From: the human T2T-CHM13v2.0 reference genome, Homo sapiens
Direction: 5' to 3' (one strand)
Length of the DNA: 64,000 nucleotides
Assembly (NCBI RefSeq): GCF_009914755.1
Contig: NC_060927.1
Below the pieces are notes generated by a model that searched no databases, was not told the DNA's origin, and was given only the letters and a program-made list of their open reading frames with translations. Of the stretch, positions 43,386 to 56,428 are shown piece by piece. Within the stretch, counting starts at the first letter, position 1. Each line of letters opens with the position of its first letter. A program made the translations under genes and the position numbers.

Positions 43386-43850
43386 TGTAACTAGCATATT
43401 CCAGATGTCACCTTCCTTGTCATGTTATAGTAATCATACAAATCTTTATGTTCCAGAGCCACAGAGCGCTTAGTAGGAAATCCAGTCTGTTCCTCCAAAT
43501 TCCCTTTCCCCAAATATAACCATGAATTCCTATTGCTATTTATATGCATTAGCCAAATGCCCATACAGTTCCCCTTTTGATTGATTCTAGATAATACTGT
43601 TTTTAGTTTCTTTTCGTGTGAAGTGGTAGGGAAGGGCCATTGCATATATAATAAGAGCTGCTGCCTGTTGCTCACCGGTCTTTGTGCTCTAGTCCCTTCT
43701 CTTCCAACCAACTCTTTGCTCTGTTGGGCACCATTGCTGTGACATTCAGGTAATAAAACACCCACCCTTATTAAATGACCCTGGACCATCAATTTCAGTG
43801 TCCTCCACATACCACTTCCTGTGCTGTTGCTGAACTTCTCTAGATTTACA
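43386..43850 (+). other. Candidate ancient solo LTR or TATA-promoter module (family unassigned)
   Basis: TGTAA...TTACA termini; TATATAA at 43645; Inr-like CTCAC at about 43671; CAG/GTAATA at 43749/43750; AATAAA at 43752. Confidence 0.4.
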
Positions 43851-45606
43851 GCCTTCACATAGGCCATGATTGACTTTCTGGACAGTAAAAACACCTCTTC
43901 AAACTGTTATGTGGTGCTGTTACTTCTCTTGACAAAAGAAAAGCAAATTTTTCTCCTCCTGAGCAGCTGTATTAGAAGCAGTTATCACAGTAGATAGGTC
44001 AGCCCCCCGCCCAGTGATACCAATCCCCTCTTCATACTAATGATCTTCAGATATTATTGTTCATGCAAATCCTGAGAGAATTCCCCTAACAAGGGCATCC
44101 TCTCAGATAATTTTGAATGACATCTAATCATTTTCCTTATAAATTTAGAGTTACAAAGAATACAGTCACTGTTTTTTACAAATATTATCATTTTAATATA
44201 AAATCGTTGACTTCCAGTTCTGGTCATGATGCAGTTGACTGTATTGGATTGAAAAGCATAAATAATATGCATTCACCCTGCCTTTTGCCCTCTGGGCATA
44301 TTCTACTCCAAATAGTATCATTAAGGAATGGGACCCAGGCAGAAAGCAGCAGCCCCTCTAGGCTGAAGCAAAAGCGCTTTCTGAGCTCAGAAAGAGAAGA
44401 GAAAGATAATGAAAAATAAGCAATATTAAAAAAAATACTGGGTAGAAATATTCAGCTTTAAACAAACACATTAAACTACAGATTCAAGAACCCTTATTAA
44501 AGCAAATAAATGCAAATAAAACCAAACAGGAACATCCTAGTCAAACTACTAAATAAAAAAAACAAGCAAAGAAAGAGAACAGCACTTATTACCTCAGAGG
44601 ATCAATAATAAAACTGAAAGCTAACTTTTCAACAAGGACTATGGAAGCCAGAACACAATACAAGAATATCTTTCAAGTGGTAAAAAACCAAAAAATAAAA
44701 AACCTGTCAATCTAGTTATTCAAAGATCAAAGAATATTAAAAATGAAGGCAAAATAAAGACATCTTTATAGAGAATTTGTTGCTAATATACCTGCACTAT
44801 GATAAATATTAAATAAATAAATATTAAAGGGAGTTATTTGGGAAGAATAAAGGTTACCTCACATGAAGGCATGTAACTGCAGGAAGGAATGAGGGGTAAC
44901 AAAAATGGAAAAATATGTGGGTAAATATATGTTTACATGAATTGTTTAAAAGCACTAATAAAATGACACTGATTTTTAAAAAGTTAATTAGATGTAAAAT
45001 AGATAACAAAAATAATAGCTCAAAAAGCAGGAGAAATTAGGAGTTAAACTGTGAGAAAGTTCTTGTATTGTTTAGGCAGTAATAAATGTACTAATTTAAA
45101 GCAAACTCTAACATGTGAAGGGAGAATATTATAAGCCCCAGAAAAATTTCTCAGGTAATGTTAAAAGAAGCTGTAAGTATGATGCTAACAAAAGAAACAA
45201 AGTAGAATTTTTAAAATCCCTGATTAATTCAAAGGTTAAGAAAGGATTAATAAACAAAGGAGATACTAGCACAGTAGGATACAACTGGCAACATAGTAGG
45301 CTTAAATCCAAACATAATGGTAGTTACATCAAATGTAATGGAATAAAATTCCAATTTATAAACAAGGATTGTCAACAGATAAAAACAAAACACAACCATG
45401 TGCTATTATAAGAGCCACATTTGAAATACAGCACAGATAGGTTGAAAGTACAATCATCAAAAAATATATACCTTGCAAGTACTAACCAAAAGGTAGATCT
45501 CTGGCTATATTAATATCGGACAAATGTCTTTGATACAAAAATATTACTAGAGATAAAAAGGTACATTTCACAATAGTAATAAAGTACCCTGAATAGAAAG
45601 ATATAA

Positions 45607-45774
<168 letters not shown>

Positions 45775-46150
45775 TAAATATAACATTCTTATAGGTATTA
45801 TATGACAATACTTGACAGAACCAAAAGGAAGAATACACATTTCCATAATTCTATTGAAAGATTTTAACACACTTTTCTGTAACTAATAGAATAAAGAGGT
45901 AAAGATAATCATCAGAAGAATATAGAATATATAGACAAAACTATTAACAAACTTGATCTGAATGCAGATCATTTTATCTAACATGTGCAGGATAAAAATT
46001 CTACTCAGGTATAAATGAAATGTTTACCAGAATCCACCATATGCTGTGTCTTAAAGTAAGTCTCAAGAAATATGAATGGCTGAGATCATACAGAGTGTAT
46101 TCCCTGACCACAATGAAAATAAACTAGAAATCAATAACTGAAAGATAGCT

Positions 46151-46748
46151 TGTGAGAAAGCCAAAAAGCAGCCCATGACATCGAAGAACTGATCTGATGC
46201 TCATAGCTAGGCTTTAGTGTGAGAGCAGGCCTGGTGCTCACAGTTACACCATGTTCTTCTCCAGATGGGTATAAACAATCCCACAAAACAGCAACGTTAG
46301 ACAAGGTCACTCTGAGACCGTGATAGAATGAGAAAAATTAAAACCACTTCATAATTCAGTTTAAAACACTGTTGAAAACAAGATCAATGTTTATGCAAAC
46401 AACAAAACACCAAACATCCTCCACTTCTGGGAAATATGAGTAATTGCTCCCTCTTGATCAGCTATAGCTGCAAGCCCTCTTTAGTGTCACCTACCTAGAG
46501 ATGAGATTTAGTAAGATAGCCAATCATAAAATGGTCCCTGCTTTCTGATAATGCCTAATCTAGAGTAAACTTCTACATCCTTTAATCATCCCCAAAATTA
46601 CTCAATCAAACAAAATTTCCACAATTTATAACACCTTCCCACTATGCCTCACAGTTCCTCATAGTGTAAGTTATCCCTTTGCTGTTTTGTAAAATAAAAC
46701 CAACTTGTTCAGCCACAGATGTATGCCTGGTGGTCTTTGGCAATGACA
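46151..46748 (+). mobile_element. MER67-like ERV1 solo LTR
   Basis: TG..CA ends; agacaaggtcactctgagacc; aataaaaccaacttgttcagccacagatgtatgcctggtggtctttggcaatgaca; L1 is collinear on both sides. Confidence 0.7.
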
Positions 46749-47797
46749 GCTGAAACCCCCAAATGTGGAAATTAAGCAGTACCTTTTTTAATAACCCATG
46801 GATGAAGGAAGAAATTATAATAAATGATAAAATATAATCAAAATGACCTATCAAAATGTTTTGGGATTCAGTTAAATCTACTCACTAATGAAATGTACAA
46901 TAAAAAATTCCCTCCTGTTTTTTGGCAGGTGGTAGGGAAAAGTAACCATTTAAAATATGTCTCTTGTGTTCTCCATAACAAAGGCCAGCTCTCCAGAGGA
47001 AACTACCGGAGCCTTATCTGACCTGGAGGAAGGGCAATTAGTCAACTCCCACCCCCTACAGATTTCCTGTCTAATATAAAGGAAGGAAAAATAAAAGGCT
47101 AAGAAATGCTATAGAAGTTCACAGCTGAGGGATTCATGCCCACTAAGAAAGAGATTTCATTATAAGATTATAGAATGTTTCCCTTCCCCAACACCTTACC
47201 AGCACACTAATGGGGCTTCAGTTTAGTAATAGTGGATTACAACTGAGAGAACTGCAAGACACAGAGAGACAGTTTAAGAAGGAGTTCTTAGGAAAAGCCA
47301 AAGACAACAGGGAAGAAAAAAATCTGCAAGAACACTGGAGGAAACTAAAGCCTCTAGCACCCACGGCTACAACACTTATTAAAAATAGCTCAGCTCCTAG
47401 CTAGATTAGCATAAACCACACACCTTACCTAATTACCTTAGTTCTTATTTCCCAATATATCATGTCCAGTACTCATTAAAAAATTAAAAGGCAATATAAA
47501 AGGCAAGAGAGAACATAGCCTGAGGAAGCATAACAGGAATCAGAAAGTCTCAAGTATGAAAAAGATTTTCGAATTATCATATAAAGGATTTTAAATAACT
47601 AATATTAATATGTTAAGGGACTTAGTAGAACAGTAGATGACATGCAAGAATCTACTGGGTGATGTAAGCAGAGAGAAGATCTAAGAAAGGATCTAAAGGA
47701 AATGCTGGAAATAAAAAACACGGTAACTGAATGAAGCATACCATTGATGGGCTCATCAGTAGACTGACACAGTCAAAGAAAGATGCAGTGAGCTTCA

Positions 47798-48274
<477 letters not shown>

Positions 48275-51200
48275 TTAATAATGGCTGATAATTTTTCAAA
48301 TTAATGGCAGACACTGAACCACAAATCTAGGGAGCTTAGAGAACACACAGCAGGATAAATACAAAAATTTCTATATCTAGGCATACCATATTCAAACTGT
48401 AGAAAACTAAGGACAAAAAAAAACACAAAATCTTGCAGAAAGCCAGAAGGGGAAAAAGAAGTCAAAACTATAGAAGAAAAAGGATAAGAAATACATTGCA
48501 CTTGTCACCAGAAACTATGGAAGCAAGAATAAAGTGAAGTGAAATATTTAGTGTTGAAATAATAAAACACCAACCTAGAATTCTGTGTCTAACAAATGTA
48601 AGGAAGAAATAAATATCTTCTCAAACAAACAAGAACTGTTTGAGTTGTTGCCAGTTGATATGTTTTGCAATAAATGTTATAAGAAGTTCTTCAGAGAGAA
48701 AGAAAATGATATAGGTCAGAAATACGGATGTACACAAAGAAAGAAAAGGCATCAGAGAAGAAATAAATGAAAGTAAAATATAATATTTAATTTTTATTTT
48801 TAATTAAACTGATGGATAACTATGTGTTCATTGTAATAATAGTAGTAATGTACCAGGAAATTATATAGATAAGTGACAGGAATGACAGCAATCACATAAG
48901 GGATGGGAGGGAGGAATTGAGAGTACATACTTGGTCATAAGGCCCCTGCACTACCCATGAAGGAGCGTAGTGTTATTGGAAAGTGAGCACATATTAATTG
49001 TAGGTTTATGTTGAAAACTATAGAGCAATCACTGAAAAAATTAAAAATGAAGTATAATTGATATACTAAGATAAGTGAGAGAATCGCATCATAAGACTAT
49101 CAACTAAAATCAGAGAATGTATAAACAAAGAACAAGTGTAGGGAACAGAAAACAGTTAAAACGTGATCAAGATTACACTAACCATATCAATAATCACTTT
49201 AAATATGCACAGTATAAATACAATTTAATTTAAAGACAGAATTTAAAGACAGAGATTGCCAAAGAGGATCAAGAAACAAGACCCAGCTACAGGTGATCAA
49301 CAAAAACACACTGAACATAAAGACACATGTAGGTTTAAAGTAAAAGGATGAAGAAAGATATGCCACATTAACACTAATCAAAAGAAAGTTAGAGGAGCTA
49401 TATTAATCTCTAGTAGGGTGGACTTTGGAATGAAGAAAATTATTGGGGATAAATAGGAGCATTATATAATGATAAAAGTGTTAATTCTCCAAAAAGACCC
49501 AATAATCTTTAATGTTTATGCATGTAAAAATAGAGCATCAAAATAAATGTGGCAAAATAATATAACTGCAAAGAGAAAGAGAAAAATGAACTCCTCTAGT
49601 TGAAGAATTGAACACTAATCTATCACTAATTGATTGATCCAGCAGGCAGAAAATCAGTGAGGACACAGTTGAACTAAACAGCATCATTAATAAACTAGAT
49701 TTAACTAACATTTATGTAGAATGCTGCATCCAATCACAAGAAAATGCATGTTCTTTTCAAGCTCACATGATACATTCACCAAGAGAGATGACATTCTGGG
49801 CCATAAAAACATTCTTTTAAGTTTCAACAAACTTAAAGGAATAGAAACTATACAAAGTATTCTGTCAGACCACAATGAAAATAAAGTAGAAATCAATAAT
49901 AGAAAGATAGCTAGAAACTCCAAAAATATTAGAGATTAAACACATTTTCAGATAACACGTGGATAAAATTAGAAGTATCAAAATAAATGAAAAATATGTT
50001 GAACTATATGAAAATAAAGCATTTCATACAATTTATCAGTATTTGTGGAATTCAGCAAGATCAGTACTTACAGGGAGATTTATAGCGTTGAACGTATATA
50101 GAAAAGATAAAAAGATCTAAAATCAACTACTTAAGCTCTCACCATAGAAAACTGAAGAAAGAATAGCAATGTAGGCCTAAAACAAACAGAAAAAAAGAAA
50201 TAATAATAATTAGATCAGAAATAAGTAAAATATACATAAAAAAGGGAAAATCAACAAAATAAGAAGCTGGTTCATTAACCAGGCTAACCAAGAAGAAAGA
50301 CATAAATTAATAATATTAGAAATGATAGAGGAACATCACTACTTCTCTTATGGACATTAAAAAGAGTAATAAAAGAATATTTTGAACAATTCTATGCTTA
50401 CAAATTTGGTAACCAAGATGAAGTGGGCCAAATCCTTGAAAGATACATAATACCAAATAGATAACCTCCATGAGTCTGTATCTATTAAAGAAACTGAATC
50501 AATAATTAATAATCTTTGTAAAAAGAAAGCACAGAAACTGAATCAATAATTAATAATCTTTGTAAAAAGAAAGCACAGGCTTAGATGGCTTCATAGTTGA
50601 ATTTTATTAAACATTTAGTGAAGAAATGTTGTCAATTCTCTACAATTTCTTTCAGAAATTAGAAGTAGAGAAAACACTTCTTTACTCACTTTATAAGGCC
50701 AATATTTCACTAATACCAAAACAGATAAAGACATTCATTATAAGAAAGGAAAACTACAGACCAATATCTCTTATGAACATAGATGTTACGAAAACCTCCT
50801 CAACAAATATTATCAAATCAGATTCGATAACATATAAAAAGGATTATATGCCACAACCAAGTGAAATTTATTCAGGTATGCAAGATTGATTCAACATTCA
50901 AAAATACATTAATATAATCAATCACAAAAATACATTAATATAATCAATCACATCAACAGGATAAAGGAGAAAAACCAAATGATCATATGACAAAGACAAA
51001 TTATACAATCAGAAGTCAATAGATTCAGAAAAAGCATTTGCAAAAATGCAACATTCATTCATGATAAAAACTCTCAGCAAATTGGGAATAGGGTAGAACT
51101 ACTTCAACTTGATTTAAAAAAAAAAAAAAAAAACCTTCCAAAAGTCCACAGCTACATCACATTAAATGATGAGAAAATAGATGCATTTCTTCTATGACGG

Positions 51201-52350
51201 GGCACAAAGCAAGGATAGCCCCTCTTACCACTTTTATTCAATCTTGTAACAGAAGATCCAGCTGAGGAAATAAGACAAGAAAAGGAATAAAACGTATAAA
51301 GATTGAGAAAGAAGACATATACGGTCTGTTGTTTCCAGAGGTCATAATTGTAAAAAATAAAAAAGAATTACCACCACCAACAAAAACTCCTCCAACTAAT
51401 GAGTGATCATACCAGGTTGCAGAATGCATGATTAATATATAAAAATCCATTACTTTCAGGTATACTAGCAATAAAATTTGGGGAATTAAAAATATATCAC
51501 TTACACTGGCACCAAAAAATAATATACCTAGGTCTAAATCTGATAAAACATGTACATAATTTATAAGACAAAAATTTGAAAACTCTGATGAAAGAAATTT
51601 AAAAGATCTAAAGAAATGGAGAGATTTCATGTTCATGGATTAAATATGAATTCTCCAATGTGTTCATATTGTACATACTATTAAGATATCAATTCTTCCA
51701 AATTTTATCTATAGATTCAACACAATCTAAGTAAGTTACTTTGTGGATACAGACAAACTAATTCTAAATTTAATGTGGAAACGTAGAAGACCTAGAATAT
51801 GCAATACACTGTAGAAGGAGAATAAAATAGGAAGAATACCTCATTTCAATACTTATTATCATGCTATAGTAACCAAGAAAGCATGATATTGATGAAAGAA
51901 TGGTCAAATAGATTAATAGAACAGAATAGAGTGCTCTAAAATAGACCAACACAAACATAGTGAACTGATCTTTAACAAAGAAACAAAGCAATTTAATGGA
52001 GAAAGGATGATCTTTTTTTAAAAAAAAATGGTGCTGGAACAATAAAAGGGGAATGAATCACAGACCTAAATGTAAAATAAAAAAACTATAAATTTTGAAC
52101 AATAACAAAGGAGAAATAATAGGGATCTACATTTTGGTGATGGGTTATTAGATATAACATCAAAAACATGATCCATAAAAGAAAATAATGACAAGTTGGA
52201 CTTTATTAAAAGTAAAATATTCTCTGTAAAAGACACTGTTATGAGAGTTAAAAGGCAAGTCACAGATTGGGAGAAAATATTTGCAAATCACATATTTGAG
52301 AAAGAGCTGTTACCAAAATTGTACAAAGAACTCTTAAAATTCAACAAGAA

Positions 52351-55300
52351 CATTTCATCATATAAAGATATAAAGATCATATAAAAATACACGTAGACTG
52401 AAAATAAAGGGATGGAAAAAGATATATCATGCCAATGGAAAGCAAAAAAAGAGCAGGAGTAGTTATACTTAGACAAAATAAATTTCAAGATGAAAACTAC
52501 AAAGAGACAAAAAAAGAGGTCATTATATAATGATAAAGAGGTCAATCGAGCAAGAGGATAGAACAACTGTAAATATATATGTACCCGACACTGAAACCCT
52601 CAGATATATAAAGCAAATATTATTAGAGCTAAATACAGAAACAGATCCCAATACAGTAATAGCTGATGACTTGACTACCCCACTTGCAGCATTGAACAGA
52701 TAATGCAGACAATCAACAAAGAAACAATAGACTTACTCTGCATTATAGACCAAATGTACTTAACAGATATTTACAGAGTATTTAATCCAACAACTGCAGA
52801 ATATACATTCTTCTCCTCCACACATGGATCATTCACCATGTGACAGACCATATGTTAGGCCACAAAATAAGTCTTTAAAAAATTTTTTTAAAAATTAAAA
52901 TCATACCAAGTATATTCTCTGACCACAGTGGGATAAAACTAAAAATTAATAACAAAAGGAACTTTGAAAGCTATACAAACACATGGAAATCAAAAAACAT
53001 GCCCCTGAATGTCCAGTGGGCCAATGAAGAAATTAAGAAGAAAATTTAAATATGCCTTCATACAAATGAAAATGATAACACAGCATACTAAAACCTATGG
53101 GATACAGCAAAAGCAGTAATAAAAGGAAAGTTTATAGCAATAAGCACCTACATCGCAAAAGTAGAAAAACATAAATGAATAACCTAATTATGCATCTTAA
53201 AGAATGAAAAAAGCAAGAGCAAACCAAACCTAAAATTAATAATAAAGATCAGAGAATAAATAATAAAGATCAGAGCAGAAATAAATGAAATTGAAATTTA
53301 GAAAGATACCAAAGATAAATAAAATGAAAAGTTGTTTTTGAAAAGATGAATAAAATCAACCAACCTTTAGCAAGATGAAGAAAAAAGAAAGATTCAAATA
53401 AATAAAATCAGAGACAAAAAAGGAAATATTACAACTAATACCACAGAAATTAAAAGAATCATTTGAGACTACTATGAGCAACTATATGCCAATAAATTGG
53501 AAAACCTAGAAGAAATAGATAAGTTCCTAAACCTACCAACATTGAACCATAACAAAATCTAAAACCTGAATAGATCTATAACAAGTAATGAGATTGAAGC
53601 CATAACAAAGTTTCCCAGCAAAGAATACTTCAGGACCCAGTGGCTTCACTGCTGAATTTACCAAATGTTTAAAGAAGAAATAATACTGATCCTACTCAAA
53701 CTATTCCAAAAAAAAAGAGGAGGAAGAAATACTTCCAAACTCATTCAAACAGGCCAGTATTATTCTGAAGCCAAAACCAGACAAAGACACATCAAAAAAG
53801 AAAACTACAGGCCAATATTCCTAATGAACATTTATGCAAAAATCCTCAACAAAATAACTAGCAAACCAAATTTAACAACACATTAAAATGATCGTTCATT
53901 ATGTCCAAGTGGGTTTTATCTCAGGGATGCAAGGATGGTTTAGCACATGCAAATTAGTCAATGTGATACATCATGCCAACAGAATGAAGGACAAAAACCA
54001 TATGATCATTTCAATTGATGCTGAAAAAGCATTTGATAAAATCCAACACCCTTCAGGATAAAAAGCCCTAAAAAAACTGTGTATATGAGAAAAATACCTC
54101 AACATAATAGAGGCCATATATGACAAGCCCACAGCTAGTATCATACTGAATGAAGAAAAAAATAAAAGCCTTTCCTCTAAGACTGGAAGCAAGACAAGAA
54201 TGCTCACTTTCACCACTATTATTCAATATCGTACTGGAAATCCTAGCTAGAGCAATCAGACAAGAGAAACAAATAAAGGCATCCAAATTAGAAAAGAAGA
54301 AATAAAATTATTATTGTTTGCAGATGATATAATCTTATATTTGGTAAAACCTAAAGACTCCAACAAGAAACTATTAGAACTGATAAATAAATTCAGTAAA
54401 ATTGCAGGATACAAAATCAAGATGCAAAAATCAGTGGCATTTCTATATGTCAAAGCAAACAATCTAAAAAAGAAATCAAGAAAGTAATCCTATTTACAAT
54501 AGCTAAAAATAAAACTAAATATTTAGGAATAAACTCAACCAAAGAAGTGAAAGATCTCTACAATAAAAACTATAAAACACTGATGTAAGAAATTGAAGAT
54601 GACACAAAAAATGGAAAGAAATTTCATATTCATGGATTGGAAGAATCAGTATTGTTTAAATGTCTATATACTACCCAAAGCAGTCTACAGATTCAATGTA
54701 ATCCCTATCAAAATACCAATGACATTCTTCACAGAAATAGAAAAAAAAAATCCTAAAATTTACATGGGAACACAAAAGACCCAGAATAGCCAAAGTTATC
54801 CCAAGCAAAAAGAACAAAAAGAACAAAACTGGAAGAGTCATATTGCCTGACTTCAAATTATACTACAGAGCTATAAACAGCATGGTACCAGCATAAAAAC
54901 AGAAACACAGACCAGTGAAACAGAATAGACAGCCCAAAAATAAAACCATACTTTGATAGTGAACTCATTTTTTCTAAAGGTGCCAAGAACATACACTGAA
55001 GAAAGGACAGTCTCTTCAATAAATGGTGCTAGAAAACTGGATGTCCATATGCAGAAGTATGAAGCTAGACCCATCTTTCATCCTGTACAAAAATCAAATC
55101 AAAATAGATTAAAGACTTAAATATGAGACTTCAAACTATGAAACTACTAAAACTAAAAGAAAACACTGGGAAACTCTCCAGGATTTTGGACTGGGCAAAG
55201 ATTTCTTCAGTAATACACCACAAGTGTGGACAACCAAAGCAAAAATGGACAAGTAGGATCACATCAACTTAAAATGCTTCCACAAAGCAAAGGAAACAAT

Positions 55301-56428
55301 CAACAACATAAACAGACAACCCATAGAATGTGAGAATACATTTGTAAAACATCCATCTGACAAAGGATTAATAACCAGAATAAATAAAGAGCTCAAACTG
55401 CTCAACAGGAAAAAAAAACCAATAATCTCATTAAAAATGCACAAAAGATCTGAAAAGATATTTCTCAAAGGAAGACATATAAATGGCAAACAGGTATATG
55501 AAAAGTTGCTCAACATTATTAATCATTAGAGAAATGCAAATCAAAACCACAATGAGATATCATCTCACCCCAGTTAATATGGCTTTTATCCAAAAGACAG
55601 GCAATAACAAATGCTGGTGAGGATGTGGAGAAAATAAAATCCTCATACACTGTTGGTGGGAATGTAAATTAGTACAACCACTATGGATAACAGTATGGAG
55701 GTTCCACAAAAAATTAAAAATAGAAGTACTGTATGTCCCAGCAATCCTACTGCTAGGATTCTCAAAAGAACGAAGTCAGTATATCAAAGAGATAATCTGA
55801 AATCCATACTCTCAGGTTATTGTAGTGCTACTCACAAAAAACAAGATTTGGAAGCAACTTAAGTGTTTATCAACAGATGAATAGATAAAGAAAATGTGGT
55901 ACATATACACAATGGAGTACTATTCCGTTACATAAAAAATGAGATCCTGTCATTTGCAGCAACATGGAAGCAACTGGAGGATATTATGTTAAGTGAAATA
56001 AGCCAGGCACAGAAAGACAAACTTTGCATGTTCTCAATTACTTGTGGGAGCTAAAAATTGAAACAATTGAATTCATGGAAGGAATACAATGATGGTTACC
56101 AGAGGCTAGAAGGGTAGTGGGTGGTTGGATGGGAAATGGGGATGGTTAATGAATACAAAAGTATATGAGATCAAATAAATAAGATCTAGTATGTGGTAGC
56201 ACAACAGGGTGACTACAGTCCACAACAATTTATTTTACATTTAAAAATAACGAAAAGAGTACAACTGGATTGTTTGTAACATAAAGGAATGATAAATGCT
56301 TGAGGTGATGGATACCTCATTTACACTGAGGTGATTATTACACATTGTATGCCTGTGTCAAAATATCTCATGTACCCCATAAATGCATTCACCCACTATG
56401 TATCCATAAGAATTAACAATTGAAAAAG
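52351..56428 (+). mobile_element. About 4.1-kb L1MA2/3-like element (nearly whole ORF2 plus 3'UTR) inserted in the L1MC
   Basis: ORF2 restarts at the endonuclease domain; KKENYRPIFLMNIYAKILNK at about 53800; RT LFADD (ttgtttgcagatgat) at about 54315; 3'UTR caactggattgtttgtaac...catgtaccccataaat; degenerate TSD aaattcaacaagaa / gaacacagcaagaa. Confidence 0.9.

Noticed and set aside
43391-43894. 167-aa minus-strand ORF
   Set aside because: Non-ATG start, no domain I recognise, no poly-A/TSD pseudogene hallmarks; other frames I translated also matched nothing known, including bornavirus N.
52351-56428. Possible active reverse transcriptase (LFADD motif)
   Set aside because: ORF2 is broken by many stops and frameshifts and lacks ORF1 and the 5'UTR; a dead L1MA.
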